Origin: Escherichia phage Delraymugoa
Sequence record: OR896825.1
DNA: 64,000 nt
Direction: 5' to 3' (one strand)
Below are positions 18,006 through 27,212 of the stretch, one piece after another. The notes beneath the pieces were generated by a model. It had not been told where the DNA came from and made no database searches. It saw only the letters and a program-made list of their open reading frames with translations. The first letter of the stretch is position 1. The number at the start of each line of letters is the position of its first letter. Position numbers and translations under genes: made by a program.

Positions 18006-18200
18006 TTATACATTTTCAATTACCCATTGCAGATGGGCTTCTGCGTCAACCAGTTCAGCGCGGCTTTTCTCTAAGCACTTGCTGTATTCTTTACGTTCCC
18101 ACTCGGTAATTTCGTTTTTCAGGACTTCTTCATAGTAAGCAATTACGCCTTTCAGGTCTGAAACTTTACGGCTTGCCAATTCGATGTAATGGTTACGCAT
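18006..18200 (-). CDS. hypothetical protein (64 aa)
   Basis: ATG with GGAGAATCAAA leader. Confidence 0.4.
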   Translation of the reverse strand: MRNHYIELASRKVSDLKGVIAYYEEVLKNEITEWERKEYSKCLEKSRAELVDAEAHLQWVIENV

Positions 18201-18387
18201 TTTGATTCTCCTTTGTTACTAGATAACGAATTTGGTCTTGCATTGCGATCAGTTCCCAGCGTGCTACTTTCATCATGGAAACTGACTCTTTGAACATAAT
18301 ATTAGCTTTTTCCTTCTCCCCTGTCAAGTAGATTTCTGCAATTTTTTCACAAAATTTTTGAGTTTCTTCATTCTTAAACGGTTTCAT
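18193..18387 (-). CDS. hypothetical protein (64 aa)
   Basis: Start moved to ATG (MKPFKNE) downstream of promoter. Confidence 0.4.
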   Translation of the reverse strand: MKPFKNEETQKFCEKIAEIYLTGEKEKANIMFKESVSMMKVARWELIAMQDQIRYLVTKENQNA

Positions 18388-18417
18388 ATAAGTCAACCTT
18401 TTGTTTTCGATGGGGAC

Positions 18418-18446
18418 ATTATGATATATCCCCGATCCAGTGTCAA
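18418..18446 (-). promoter_or_regulatory. sigma70-type early promoter
   Basis: TTGACA-N17-CATAAT; GGGGA..TCCCC inverted repeat across the -10. Confidence 0.55.
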
Positions 18447-18453
18447 CAGATTT

Positions 18454-18753
18454 TTAATCTTTTTTCAGTGCATCCATTACTCGCTCTGCGATCAGTTCTC
18501 GTAAGCACTGATAACCATGATATTTGATGGCAATGTCACGCAGATCATTAACCAGTTCCCGTACTTCATGGTCTTTCAGATCGTCTCTGTATTTCGATTT
18601 AACCGTGTCTTTAGGTGGATTGCGGATAACCTGAAAACCTTGTTCTGCAATCACTGCGGCTTCGCGCTGGCGTTCATGTTGTACTGTATTTTTGATCAGG
18701 TCTGCTTCCATGAACTTTGCCATACTCATCATCATGTTATTCTTTTTGCTCAT
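18454..18753 (-). CDS. hypothetical protein (99 aa)
   Basis: Start moved to ATG (MSKKNNM) with GAGGA Shine-Dalgarno downstream of promoter. Confidence 0.45.
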   Translation of the reverse strand: MSKKNNMMMSMAKFMEADLIKNTVQHERQREAAVIAEQGFQVIRNPPKDTVKSKYRDDLKDHEVRELVNDLRDIAIKYHGYQCLRELIAERVMDALKKD

Positions 18754-18787
18754 TATTAAATCCTCATAAAAGAAAAGGGAGACTCCC

Positions 18788-18815
18788 ATTATAGAGAATC
18801 TCCCTTGTATGTCAA
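18788..18815 (-). promoter_or_regulatory. sigma70-type early promoter inside terminator-like stem-loop (PeSL-like)
   Basis: TTGACA-N16-TATAAT; -10 in loop of GGGAGA..TCTCCC stem followed by TTTTCTTTT; -35 abuts gp39 stop. Confidence 0.6.
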
Positions 18816-18818
18816 GTG

Positions 18819-20642
18819 TTATGATTGCATCCAAATTTTGCGCTGATCTGCATCTTCACTATAGAGCAAATCGAATAGCTCTTTATAGTTTTCCGGTAAC
18901 GTGATGATCTCCATGACAGGATCGTTGATCACGCGATGATAGTCTGATTCTGTGAGCGATGCTAAACCTTTGATATATCGAATGCTATAACCTTTGATAT
19001 TATCTCGGTCGTTCTCGAAATCTTCTAGGTCATAATACCATCGAACATCATCACCTTTCTTTGGTTCCGCAATGATAATAGGTGTTTTGATAAACCGGAT
19101 TCGTCCATCTTCGAACAATTCAGGCCAACGTGCAAAGAAAGAGATCAGACTAGGTTTAATAGACCCGATCCCGTCAGTATCAGCGTCGGTCATAATCGCA
19201 ATATTTTTGTATTGCATAACTTCCAATGCATCAACACCAAATTGCAAGCCAGTGATCGCCATGATGTTAAAAATTTCGGCGTTCTTAACGATCTTTGCCT
19301 CCGGTTGTTCCCACGTTGTAAGAGTTTTGCCTCGCAACGGGAAACCTCCATGTAAATCTTGATCGCGTACAGAGATCAGATAGTTGATCGCGGAATCACC
19401 TTCCGTCAAAAACAGGGTAGTTTCTGCGTCAGTTCCAATAAGGTTAGCTTTAACGTGTTTTGCCACCTTAGCCCGTTTCGCTGCCTTTGCTGCCTTAGTC
19501 GCTGCCGCTTTATCTGCTGCCTCTTTGCGTGCCAGGACTACAGCAATAATAGGCATGATAATGTTTTCTTTCTTAGCAATGGCTTTAGCCAGCTTTTTAA
19601 AATCAAGATCAATATGACGCTTGATATCACCAGTTGGATTAGTCAATCGTTCTTTTGTCTGTGAATCAAAACGAAGGTTAGGCAATTCACGAACAATAAG
19701 AATACAGGTCAATCCAGACTTAACCGCAGCTTTAGTAACATCAACCTTATATTCTTTCTTGATTCGTTTTACAATCTCTTCACAAAGATCATCTGTCACA
19801 TAATCAACGTGTGTTCCCCCGTTTTTGGTAAACAGACCATTAGCAAAGGATACTGATTTAAAACCTTCTCCCTCGACCGCAGGAACTAGGGCAAGTGAAA
19901 AGTTTTTATCTTCAATGACAAACGGATCATCATTGTATAGTTTAGCATAATCCTTGAACTTACTAACAATACGTTTACCATTAAACTTAAACGTGATCTT
20001 AGGAAAGATTACGCTCAATGATTGCAGACGATCATGAACAATATCTAAAACAGAGTTGTCCATCATATAACCTTCGAAGTGGTCGAAGTCTGGACAAAAT
20101 GTAACCTTCGTTCCCTTCAATTTTGATGGTTTTGATGACCATGTGATATTTTCAGCACCGTTTGTGCACTGTACGGTCATTTCTGTTTCGCCGTCACAGG
20201 TCACACCAGTAAACCAATCGCTAAAGAAATTTGACAACGACGACCCCACACCGTTCATCCCTTGCGTTAATCGATTGGTATCATCAAAGTTAGACCCTGC
20301 TTTTGTTCGTGTCCATGCGGCTACAGGTTGCGGAATCTGCGTGCCCTCTGGGGTAGTAACCATATGTTGAGGAATACCGCGACCATTGTCTGTTACCGTA
20401 ACAATATTGTTTTGGATATCGACGCTAATCACATTGGCAAATTCAAAATTAGTGCGGATCGCCTCGTCTACAGAGTTGTCGATAATCTCATCAATGATTT
20501 TAACCAGCCCAGGAACATATGAAATTTTTGTCCATTTACCGAACAGGAAACGTTGATGTTCTTCGTAAGTTGTTGATCCTATATACATTCCTGCACGCTT
20601 AAGGACATGTTCACGATCAGATAAAATGCGGAACTCACTCAT
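18819..20642 (-). CDS. 39: DNA topoisomerase II large subunit gp39 (GyrB-like ATPase, fused gp39+gp60 form)
   Basis: GHKL/GyrB N-terminal motifs; 607 aa is about T4 gp39+gp60 combined; T4 synteny. Confidence 0.9.
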   Translation of the reverse strand: MSEFRILSDREHVLKRAGMYIGSTTYEEHQRFLFGKWTKISYVPGLVKIIDEIIDNSVDEAIRTNFEFANVISVDIQNNIVTVTDNGRGIPQHMVTTPEGTQIPQPVAAWTRTKAGSNFDDTNRLTQGMNGVGSSLSNFFSDWFTGVTCDGETEMTVQCTNGAENITWSSKPSKLKGTKVTFCPDFDHFEGYMMDNSVLDIVHDRLQSLSVIFPKITFKFNGKRIVSKFKDYAKLYNDDPFVIEDKNFSLALVPAVEGEGFKSVSFANGLFTKNGGTHVDYVTDDLCEEIVKRIKKEYKVDVTKAAVKSGLTCILIVRELPNLRFDSQTKERLTNPTGDIKRHIDLDFKKLAKAIAKKENIIMPIIAVVLARKEAADKAAATKAAKAAKRAKVAKHVKANLIGTDAETTLFLTEGDSAINYLISVRDQDLHGGFPLRGKTLTTWEQPEAKIVKNAEIFNIMAITGLQFGVDALEVMQYKNIAIMTDADTDGIGSIKPSLISFFARWPELFEDGRIRFIKTPIIIAEPKKGDDVRWYYDLEDFENDRDNIKGYSIRYIKGLASLTESDYHRVINDPVMEIITLPENYKELFDLLYSEDADQRKIWMQS

Positions 20643-20704
20643 TATTAAACCTCTTCATAACATAACCATAACTTACTGCAACCGCCACAAAGACGGCTGC
20701 AACA

Positions 20705-20732
20705 ATCATATTAAAAATTGAGTGATTGTCAA
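20705..20732 (-). promoter_or_regulatory. candidate early promoter upstream of gp39
   Basis: TTGACA-N16-TATGAT on minus strand. Confidence 0.35.
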
Positions 20733-20741
20733 GTATATGAC

Positions 20742-20915
20742 TCATGACACGCGCACATTTTTATCATAGTACCCGCCATTAATCCCGCGCGGGGCAGTTA
20801 ATCCCTGTTTGCATTCTTTACCACATTCAGGGCATTCTGCCTTTTCACGTTCGGAAATTTTGCGGATTTTCTGAAATTGACCGTGTTCTTCACAAGAATA
20901 ATCATATAATGGCAT
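20742..20915 (-). CDS. small zinc-ribbon protein (57 aa)
   Basis: Start at ATG (MPLYDYSCEEHG) with GGGGA Shine-Dalgarno; CxxH..CxxC pattern; begins 1 nt after dexA stop. Confidence 0.45.
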   Translation of the reverse strand: MPLYDYSCEEHGQFQKIRKISEREKAECPECGKECKQGLTAPRGINGGYYDKNVRVS

Positions 20916-20916
20916 A

Positions 20917-21585
20917 TTATCCCCTTTGTTTCTTAACTGAATTTGGATCTGGATTTTCTGGTAGGTCTTCCAGACCCATAGCATAACGTTGTGCATAGAT
21001 TAGCATAAGAATATCGCGAGCGCAATCATGAATTGCATCATGTGCGATAAAACCATCTAGCGTACCCATTGGTAACGGACACTCACACATCCCGCGATGC
21101 ATCAATGTACGCTCAATGGCGGTGCGAACATCTCGGATATTCCAGAATCGCACAGGTTCAAGGCTGAACGTCTCTCGTGTATTGTGTGCACGTCGAATCA
21201 TATCAACTAGTAATGGAATATCAAACGCATTACCGCGTGACCACATTACGGATTTAACCGGATCTACCCCTACGGATTCACAGAATGCGTTAAAACGCGC
21301 TAAACCTTCTTTAGTTGATACTTCCGTACCATTTGTGATTAATTGCTTTCTCATGCCTTCTGAGGCGGTATTCTTCCACCATTCAACCACACCATGATCA
21401 AACACCCTTACACCTTTCTGGGAAGGAATATCAAATTTTACCAGAAAGGAATTGTCAACCAGTTCTTTAAATGTAGGTGGATTGTGCGGATCTTCTTTAA
21501 ATCCGATTGCCGCCATATTGATAACCGCCCCATCAGGCGGATAACCTAAACTTTCAAAGTCAATCATTAAATCCACTGGAAGCAT
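20917..21585 (-). CDS. dexA: exonuclease DexA-like (DEDD/DnaQ-type 3'-5' exonuclease)
   Basis: N-terminal MIDFESLG (Exo I D-x-E) motif; about 222 aa as T4 dexA; position between 39 and dda; GGAGGA Shine-Dalgarno. Confidence 0.7.
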   Translation of the reverse strand: MLPVDLMIDFESLGYPPDGAVINMAAIGFKEDPHNPPTFKELVDNSFLVKFDIPSQKGVRVFDHGVVEWWKNTASEGMRKQLITNGTEVSTKEGLARFNAFCESVGVDPVKSVMWSRGNAFDIPLLVDMIRRAHNTRETFSLEPVRFWNIRDVRTAIERTLMHRGMCECPLPMGTLDGFIAHDAIHDCARDILMLIYAQRYAMGLEDLPENPDPNSVKKQRG

Positions 21586-21586
21586 G

Positions 21587-21829
21587 TTAAATATCCTCCG
21601 CGATATGCCGGAACAACTCCAGATCGTTTTTATCCAGAATGAAACCGCTACAATCAATAATCCCGTTACCGTAATTATCGGTTAACAGTCGTTCCGTTGC
21701 CATGTATGCGCGTACTTTGTTGTTAAAATTCATTACATGTTGTGCATAGTCACAATGAATCTTTTGACGGTTCCACGCGACAATTGATTGTAGATGTATT
21801 ACATTAGCCACATTATTAATAACAACCAT
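21587..21829 (-). CDS. hypothetical protein (80 aa)
   Basis: Start at ATG (MVVINNV) with GAGGG Shine-Dalgarno inside a duplicated initiation cassette. Confidence 0.45.
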   Translation of the reverse strand: MVVINNVANVIHLQSIVAWNRQKIHCDYAQHVMNFNNKVRAYMATERLLTDNYGNGIIDCSGFILDKNDLELFRHIAEDI

Positions 21830-21830
21830 A

Positions 21831-22007
21831 TCAAAACCCTCGCTTAGTGGAATGTTCTGGCATTTTATTGATACATTCAGCTTGGTAGTCACGAGATTTT
21901 TTTGACGAATTAAGAGCTACAGCCAAAAAATCCTGTAACTGTTCGTTTGTCATTTTTGGCTTACACCGCGTATCTAAACCCTTCGTTCTTCTAGCTTCAT
22001 TAGCCAT
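21831..22007 (-). CDS. small hypothetical protein (58 aa), paralog of 22009-22176
   Basis: Below the track threshold; ATG with GAGG Shine-Dalgarno; C-terminus ..CINKMPEHSTKRGF matches the neighbour. Confidence 0.4.
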   Translation of the reverse strand: MANEARRTKGLDTRCKPKMTNEQLQDFLAVALNSSKKSRDYQAECINKMPEHSTKRGF

Positions 22008-22008
22008 A

Positions 22009-22176
22009 TCAAAAACCTCGCTTAGTGAAATGCTCGATCATTTTATTGATACATGCAGCTTCACTATCGCCGGACACGTTCCAGCCGTATAGACCCCATC
22101 TAAAGCACATGGTAACAGTTCCATTGTGACGGCTTACCGTCACATCATTAAATTCTGGGATACTTCGCATAATCAT
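22009..22176 (-). CDS. small hypothetical protein (55 aa), paralog of 21831-22007
   Basis: ATG with GAGGAA Shine-Dalgarno just after dda stop; C-terminus ..CINKMIEHFTKRGF. Confidence 0.4.
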   Translation of the reverse strand: MIMRSIPEFNDVTVSRHNGTVTMCFRWGLYGWNVSGDSEAACINKMIEHFTKRGF

Positions 22177-22186
22177 AATAATTTCC

Positions 22187-23578
22187 TCAAATATAGTCTA
22201 CTCGATACCTCGCACGGGTAACACCCACATATAATAACTGCATTGCCAATTCAAAGTCAACATTGTCTGTACACATGCAAGGAGTATACAGGAACACGCG
22301 GTCTACGCTGATCCCTTGTGACTTATGAATGGTGCAAGCTGGTAATGCTTTTACATTCAAGAACATACGCTTCATCGTCCAGAAGGAATCCCAATCTGGT
22401 TTAAATTTTGGATTCTCTTTCTTCATTTCGCGATATTGTCCGGCGACCGTATTCAGATAGATAGAGAAAATGTTCTTCTGACGTTGTTCTGTCAGAATGT
22501 TGATTTCTACTAAATCTGGTTTATCTGTAGTGATTCCGACTGCATCTAAACCGACTTTCTGATTTAGGATTTCTTTGTCTTCGTCATCATCGACGCTTTC
22601 CACTTTCAGAGTATATCCTAAAACTGGTTGCGGATCTACCCCCGTGCAACGTAATGTAAATTCACGCGGGATGACCTCTTTAACTCGGATCATCTCACCA
22701 TTGTTAAAAATAACATTGGGAATCTTCTTCCCGCGTTCATCTCGCAGATATTCGATCAATGGTTCCTGAGTAACCAGAATTTCATCTACAATCACTGGTT
22801 CATCGGTGTTATAAACGCGCTTACGTACAATTTCATTGAGTTTTTCGACGCTCTTGTTAGTGTAGGCCAGAATACGGTTTTCTAGAAGGTCTTCCGGCGT
22901 TTTAACGGTTTCGAAATAATGCTTCATAAACTCCGGCAGAGTTGAGCTATGGAATACACCCTCGTTACCGCACTGCTTTTCGAATACCCATTTACCATTA
23001 CGGACAGCGGTCGCCACATCAATTATTGGAGCATTAGATCGTTTAATCTCTGTAAGTTCTACATTCTGAAACCTTTCATCGGTGAAGAAAGGAGAGATCG
23101 ACGTTGCACCGCTCGGATCAACTGGTCGTAACTGGTTCAGATCACCCACGGCAATAATAACAATTCGACCGTTGATACTCTTCATGAGAATATCAAATAG
23201 TTTCTTATCGACCATACTCGCTTCATCAACAATGATGATCTGAACATCATCTAGCTTAGGAGTATCTTTTTGCTCAAATACTTGAGTATCTTCATAGTTG
23301 GTCGGGTTTAGTCGCAGTAGTGCATGTAAAGTAAATGCTTGACGACCTACCGCTTTACTCAAAACTTTTTTAGCCTGGTGGGTAGGCGTTGCCAAAACCA
23401 CACCAGTTACCCCACGACGGACCATTTCCTGAACAATGAATTTCATCATTGCGGTTTTACCAGTACCCGCCGCACCACGGACAGTTGTATGCTTCTTTTG
23501 TTCAATACGTTTCATTAGAACATCAAAAGCATGTTTTTGCCCGTCTGTTAACATATCGAAAGTTAATACTCTGCTCAT
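22187..23578 (-). CDS. dda: Dda DNA helicase (SF1)
   Basis: GAAGTGKT Walker A, IIVDEASM Walker B, VGVTRAR motif VI; T4 synteny. Confidence 0.9.
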   Translation of the reverse strand: MSRVLTFDMLTDGQKHAFDVLMKRIEQKKHTTVRGAAGTGKTAMMKFIVQEMVRRGVTGVVLATPTHQAKKVLSKAVGRQAFTLHALLRLNPTNYEDTQVFEQKDTPKLDDVQIIIVDEASMVDKKLFDILMKSINGRIVIIAVGDLNQLRPVDPSGATSISPFFTDERFQNVELTEIKRSNAPIIDVATAVRNGKWVFEKQCGNEGVFHSSTLPEFMKHYFETVKTPEDLLENRILAYTNKSVEKLNEIVRKRVYNTDEPVIVDEILVTQEPLIEYLRDERGKKIPNVIFNNGEMIRVKEVIPREFTLRCTGVDPQPVLGYTLKVESVDDDEDKEILNQKVGLDAVGITTDKPDLVEINILTEQRQKNIFSIYLNTVAGQYREMKKENPKFKPDWDSFWTMKRMFLNVKALPACTIHKSQGISVDRVFLYTPCMCTDNVDFELAMQLLYVGVTRARYRVDYI

Positions 23579-23892
23579 TATCCTAAAATCCTCACCTTGC
23601 GAACACAGATAGTATTGAGTTCTCGCCGTACCCGTTCTTTTTCATATTCAGGAATTTTATATTCGATACCATCCCGAACAATTTCAGAAGACCGGATTAT
23701 GCCAAATTTTCGTTTAGGTACAACCTTGTATTTCGGTTCACCCGCCAATAGACTCTCACAATAATCTATCTGATCACACATTGACGCTAACGCAGCATCA
23801 TGTGTTTCGCAAGTTAGGACGCGACCCTTCGCGTCCACTGAGTATTGAAAGAATCCGTCTTTATCACGATAACATACAGCAAATACATGCAT
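23578..23892 (-). CDS. hypothetical protein (104 aa)
   Basis: ORF overlapping dda start by 1 nt. Confidence 0.45.
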   Translation of the reverse strand: MHVFAVCYRDKDGFFQYSVDAKGRVLTCETHDAALASMCDQIDYCESLLAGEPKYKVVPKRKFGIIRSSEIVRDGIEYKIPEYEKERVRRELNTICVRKVRILG

Positions 23893-24647
23893 TATAAACC
23901 TACCTTCGCTTTCATCAATTCAATCCACGACGCATCAATCGGAAGCCCGTATTTCACGCGTTCTTTTTGTGCTGGCGTTAAGTTCTCGTACTTAGAAAGA
24001 GATTCAATCAAAACGCTGGTATATTTTAGCACGATTTCGGTATTGTTTGCAATAGCCTTAAGTTTTTCTTCTTTCTTGTTGATTTCGCTAAGTGCTTGCT
24101 TGAGATCTGCAATTTTCTGATAACGTTCTTCCATACGGAAGAGAGTATTTTTAATCGCTCGCTCGGCTGCCTCTGCTTTCTCCGGTTCGTTGTGCTTTTT
24201 ATGGCGCTCGATTGCTAATTTCTTTTCTTCGATTGCCATTTCCTGATTTTTGATGCGATTCTCGTTAAGTTCGATCCACTCGATGTACTTCGCACGTAGG
24301 GCAATTTCATCATCAGAAAGTTTACCGTTAGTTCCTAGTTCCTGGATCTCTTTAAGAGATTCGATAGTGTGATTGCCACGGAAAGAATTGTATTTCAGTT
24401 TAACCGGAATTACATTGCCATCAACATATCCCAGATTGCAATCAATGCGCTCTAAGGAGAGTCCGTCATCACCTTCACCGAAAGCCTCACCTGAATAGGC
24501 ACAATGAGTCTGACGGTAAATGTTACGAACAGTGACTAAGCTCATAGAGAAGTCTTTGTTGCGACGTGAAGCACCAGCCATGATAGAGTTCAGCCGGAAA
24601 ACAACCAGCGCCAATTCTTCGTTAGATTTAAAAGCAAACAGTTTCAT
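23892..24647 (-). CDS. hypothetical protein with coiled-coil C-terminal half (251 aa)
   Basis: AAGGAG Shine-Dalgarno, own promoter; Cys/His-containing N-domain (HCAYSGE..LSLERID..GYVDGNV) and Lys/Glu-rich helical C-terminus. Confidence 0.5.
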   Translation of the reverse strand: MKLFAFKSNEELALVVFRLNSIMAGASRRNKDFSMSLVTVRNIYRQTHCAYSGEAFGEGDDGLSLERIDCNLGYVDGNVIPVKLKYNSFRGNHTIESLKEIQELGTNGKLSDDEIALRAKYIEWIELNENRIKNQEMAIEEKKLAIERHKKHNEPEKAEAAERAIKNTLFRMEERYQKIADLKQALSEINKKEEKLKAIANNTEIVLKYTSVLIESLSKYENLTPAQKERVKYGLPIDASWIELMKAKVGL

Positions 24648-24676
24648 AATTGATTCTCCTTAGTTGGTATGTGTGT

Positions 24677-24705
24677 ATTATTGTCTATCTGGTTTGTGCT
24701 GTCAA
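24677..24705 (-). promoter_or_regulatory. sigma70-type early promoter
   Basis: TTGACA-N17-AATAAT followed by leader ACACACATACCAACTAAGGAGAATCAATT-ATG. Confidence 0.55.
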
Positions 24706-24708
24706 CAC

Positions 24709-25212
24709 TTAAATTAAAGAAAATTTGTAAATCTCTATCAGATCGCCATTACACGCGTAAACTTCCTCGATCTCATCAAGGATCATGGTCGTCCCTGTCT
24801 TGTATATGCACTCGCGCTCATCTGCCAACATAGCATACAAAGACAGTCGAGTAGTCGGATTGTCATACTCTTTAGACACCACTCGGTCAATAGCATGTTC
24901 GTAATAATTCATGCAAGGCTTGGTAGGTTTTATTGCAATAATCTTTCCTGTTGCATAAACATCGGTCGCAAAGTCCTCTGCTGTTGATTGCAGTGGCGTA
25001 AAGCTCATAGGACGCTCTACAACGAAAGAATCGCCTACAATTAAGGTATCCAGCTTACGACCTTCTCTTTTGCTCACACCGCGATACAAGGCTTCATGAT
25101 GCACTAACCGCTCAGTCTTTTCGATCAATCCATTAAGGATCGACATATCGATATTTTCTTTAGAGTTCATCACTTCATCAATGATGTTAAGTTCTTCTGG
25201 TGTAAATTGCAT
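24709..25212 (-). CDS. putative ADP-ribosyltransferase (Mod-like)
   Basis: R-S-E-like motif set (LYRG, SFT, ERE); size and position after dda as T4 modA/modB. Confidence 0.45.
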   Translation of the reverse strand: MQFTPEELNIIDEVMNSKENIDMSILNGLIEKTERLVHHEALYRGVSKREGRKLDTLIVGDSFVVERPMSFTPLQSTAEDFATDVYATGKIIAIKPTKPCMNYYEHAIDRVVSKEYDNPTTRLSLYAMLADERECIYKTGTTMILDEIEEVYACNGDLIEIYKFSLI

Positions 25213-25245
25213 AATAAAAAAGCCTCCAATCTTTCGACGGGAGGC
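25211..25245 (-). promoter_or_regulatory. hairpin plus U-run that sequesters the Shine-Dalgarno of the Mod-like gene (terminator or translational control)
   Basis: GCCUCC-N12-GGAGGC stem; the 3' arm is the Shine-Dalgarno sequence; followed by UUUUUUAUU-AUG. Confidence 0.5.
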
Positions 25246-25274
25246 ATAATAAAACCATTATAGAGTAGTGTCAA
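25246..25274 (-). promoter_or_regulatory. sigma70-type early promoter
   Basis: TTGACA-N17-TATTAT immediately upstream of the hairpin; predicted start site falls in the hairpin loop. Confidence 0.5.
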
Positions 25275-25282
25275 CTAATTTT

Positions 25283-25801
25283 TTAGTAGCCGCGTTCTTG
25301 ACGGGCGAAGTTTTCAGCATTTTTCAGATAGTACAGAATAAAGAGTTCTTGAGCGTCAATACCCAGCGGGATCATCTTTGACAGAATGAAGTGGATCGCG
25401 TCCACAAATTCAAATTTCACTTCAAGCTGATCTTCCGGTGACAGTTCAGAGAATTTACGCGCTCGCGCTTCTCCGTGGTTCTTTTTCCACATTTTCCAGA
25501 TTGCACTTGCATCTTTACCATTGGACATTCCACCCAGCGATGTGTAAAGCTCTCGTGTTTCGTCTGCGATAGCGTCATCCATCCGTTGCATCCAATCCAG
25601 CATTTCACCGCAAGTCTCTAGCTTAGTTGGATTTGGGACCCAATCAAATTTTTCGGATAATGCAACCTGCAAACCAGTTTGCATTTCGAGCATCACCTGA
25701 AACGGATCTTTACCTTCTGCAATAGCGTGATGATATGCGGCGATAGCCGCGTTAATATCTTTTTCGTTAACCAGACCAGCACAAGAATTAAATTCTGACA
25801 T
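25283..25801 (-). CDS. 56: dCTP pyrophosphatase gp56 (MazG-like)
   Basis: Shared T4 gp56 blocks DPFQVML(E/D)MQ, KLET.G(E/D), SPEDQLE.KFE, YYLKN.ENFARQ.RGY; start moved to ATG (MSEFNSC) with GAGGTGA Shine-Dalgarno. Confidence 0.85.
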   Translation of the reverse strand: MSEFNSCAGLVNEKDINAAIAAYHHAIAEGKDPFQVMLEMQTGLQVALSEKFDWVPNPTKLETCGEMLDWMQRMDDAIADETRELYTSLGGMSNGKDASAIWKMWKKNHGEARARKFSELSPEDQLEVKFEFVDAIHFILSKMIPLGIDAQELFILYYLKNAENFARQERGY

Positions 25802-25815
25802 ATTCACCTCATTAA

Positions 25816-26844
25816 TTAAAATTTACAATATTTCATAAACCGCATTTTAGCCATCAGACCTTGTACGGTGTTCTCTTTGATGTATTCCATGATCTGGTCG
25901 CGTGTAGCGCCCTCGTCCTGAATCATGGCGTTAACGTCTTTAGAATGCCACGGGCAACGATCCCACAATACAATCTTTTCCCCTGCATTGATAAACTTTT
26001 CCAGTCGGTGCATTGTATCGGCAGACCGTGGTTCCGCATCAAGTACAAACACTCGCTGGTCTGGGAAAGGGATTTCATCTAATCCCAAAGTACCGCCAGT
26101 AATTGCACACCCGTTATCAATAAACAATGAATCGATCGGACCTTCTAAGAAATACACTGGTTTACTCGGATCGGCGCGTTCAAGACCATAGACCTTACTC
26201 GCTAACTCGTGAGTTTTAATCGTCATATATTTGGTCTTTCCGTAATCCTTTCTCAATGCTCGCCCCTGAATGGATTCTATCTTGTTCTCGCGGTTAAAGA
26301 TAGGAATCACTAAACGCGGTTCAGGTTGTGGATTCTTGAAAGTATCAGCCTTAATGTGATTTGCTACCTTTTGCCATTCTCTCGTGAAATACAGAAGATC
26401 CCATTTATCGTGAGGAATACAGCGATCACTGACATACTTTATTATAGGATGATTAGCCGGAAGAGTATCTAATCTCTCGCAGAAAGGCAATGTTTGCACT
26501 TTCTTAATCTCCGGCTTTTCTACCTTTTTCAGTGGCTTGAACGTGGTGTTCTTGTGGTCGCCTTGTTCCTTCCGTCGTTCCATAAGCCATTCCCTGAATA
26601 GGTCCGGCTTATACTGTTTGAGAAATTCACCTAACGGCTGATTGTAGTTACAGTTGAAACAGCCGCAACGCAAACTATCCTTATAGGTATAGATACGGAA
26701 TCGCGCTTGAGTATGATTTTTCTTTGAGTCACCGCAGATCGGACAACTACAGACCAGCGTAAATGAGCTAGTATGCAACCGTTTAAAATTTCGTTCGCCG
26801 TATATGGCTTTTTCCGCTATTTCATAATCTGCGTAGTAAATCAT
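25816..26844 (-). CDS. 61: DNA primase gp61
   Basis: Zinc finger CPICGDSK, PRLVIPIFN, LEGPIDSLFIDNGCAITGG, GLMAKMRFMKYCKF blocks shared with T4 gp61; 342 aa. Confidence 0.9.
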   Translation of the reverse strand: MIYYADYEIAEKAIYGERNFKRLHTSSFTLVCSCPICGDSKKNHTQARFRIYTYKDSLRCGCFNCNYNQPLGEFLKQYKPDLFREWLMERRKEQGDHKNTTFKPLKKVEKPEIKKVQTLPFCERLDTLPANHPIIKYVSDRCIPHDKWDLLYFTREWQKVANHIKADTFKNPQPEPRLVIPIFNRENKIESIQGRALRKDYGKTKYMTIKTHELASKVYGLERADPSKPVYFLEGPIDSLFIDNGCAITGGTLGLDEIPFPDQRVFVLDAEPRSADTMHRLEKFINAGEKIVLWDRCPWHSKDVNAMIQDEGATRDQIMEYIKENTVQGLMAKMRFMKYCKF

Positions 26845-26853
26845 ATTAACCTC

Positions 26854-27057
26854 TTATAGCTCAAATTTCATGAAAGTTCCCACACTTTCATTTTCATTCT
26901 CTCCGTTCTCATCTAAGCCAAATTTGTAGACACTACCATCTGGCGATGTGTAAGAGAATACACGAAAACGGCCTACCGAATCAAGTTCTGTAAATTCATA
27001 TTCTTTTCCGGCTTCAAAAAGTGCATATGTGCTTTTAAGACATTTCATCGTAATCAT
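26854..27057 (-). CDS. hypothetical protein (67 aa)
   Basis: ORF in array. Confidence 0.4.
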   Translation of the reverse strand: MITMKCLKSTYALFEAGKEYEFTELDSVGRFRVFSYTSPDGSVYKFGLDENGENENESVGTFMKFEL

Positions 27058-27212
27058 TTAAGCGCCACCGACAACAGAATGAGAACTACACCAACATACA
27101 TTGTGATCTCGGATAACTTTTCTGTTTTTGTTTTGTGTCCAGATAATCCGAAAACAACAACACCGACAATAGCGGACAGCAAGCCAACGATAAACATGAT
27201 GATACTAAGCAC
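27054..27212 (-). CDS. small membrane protein (52 aa)
   Basis: Start moved to GTG preceded by AAGGAG; two hydrophobic helices. Confidence 0.4.
   Translation of the reverse strand: MLSIIMFIVGLLSAIVGVVVFGLSGHKTKTEKLSEITMYVGVVLILLSVALK

Noticed and set aside
20635-20745. 36-codon hydrophobic mini-ORF between the zinc-ribbon gene and gp39, with ATGA coupling
   Set aside because: Too short and overlaps the candidate gp39 promoter; cannot be supported from sequence alone
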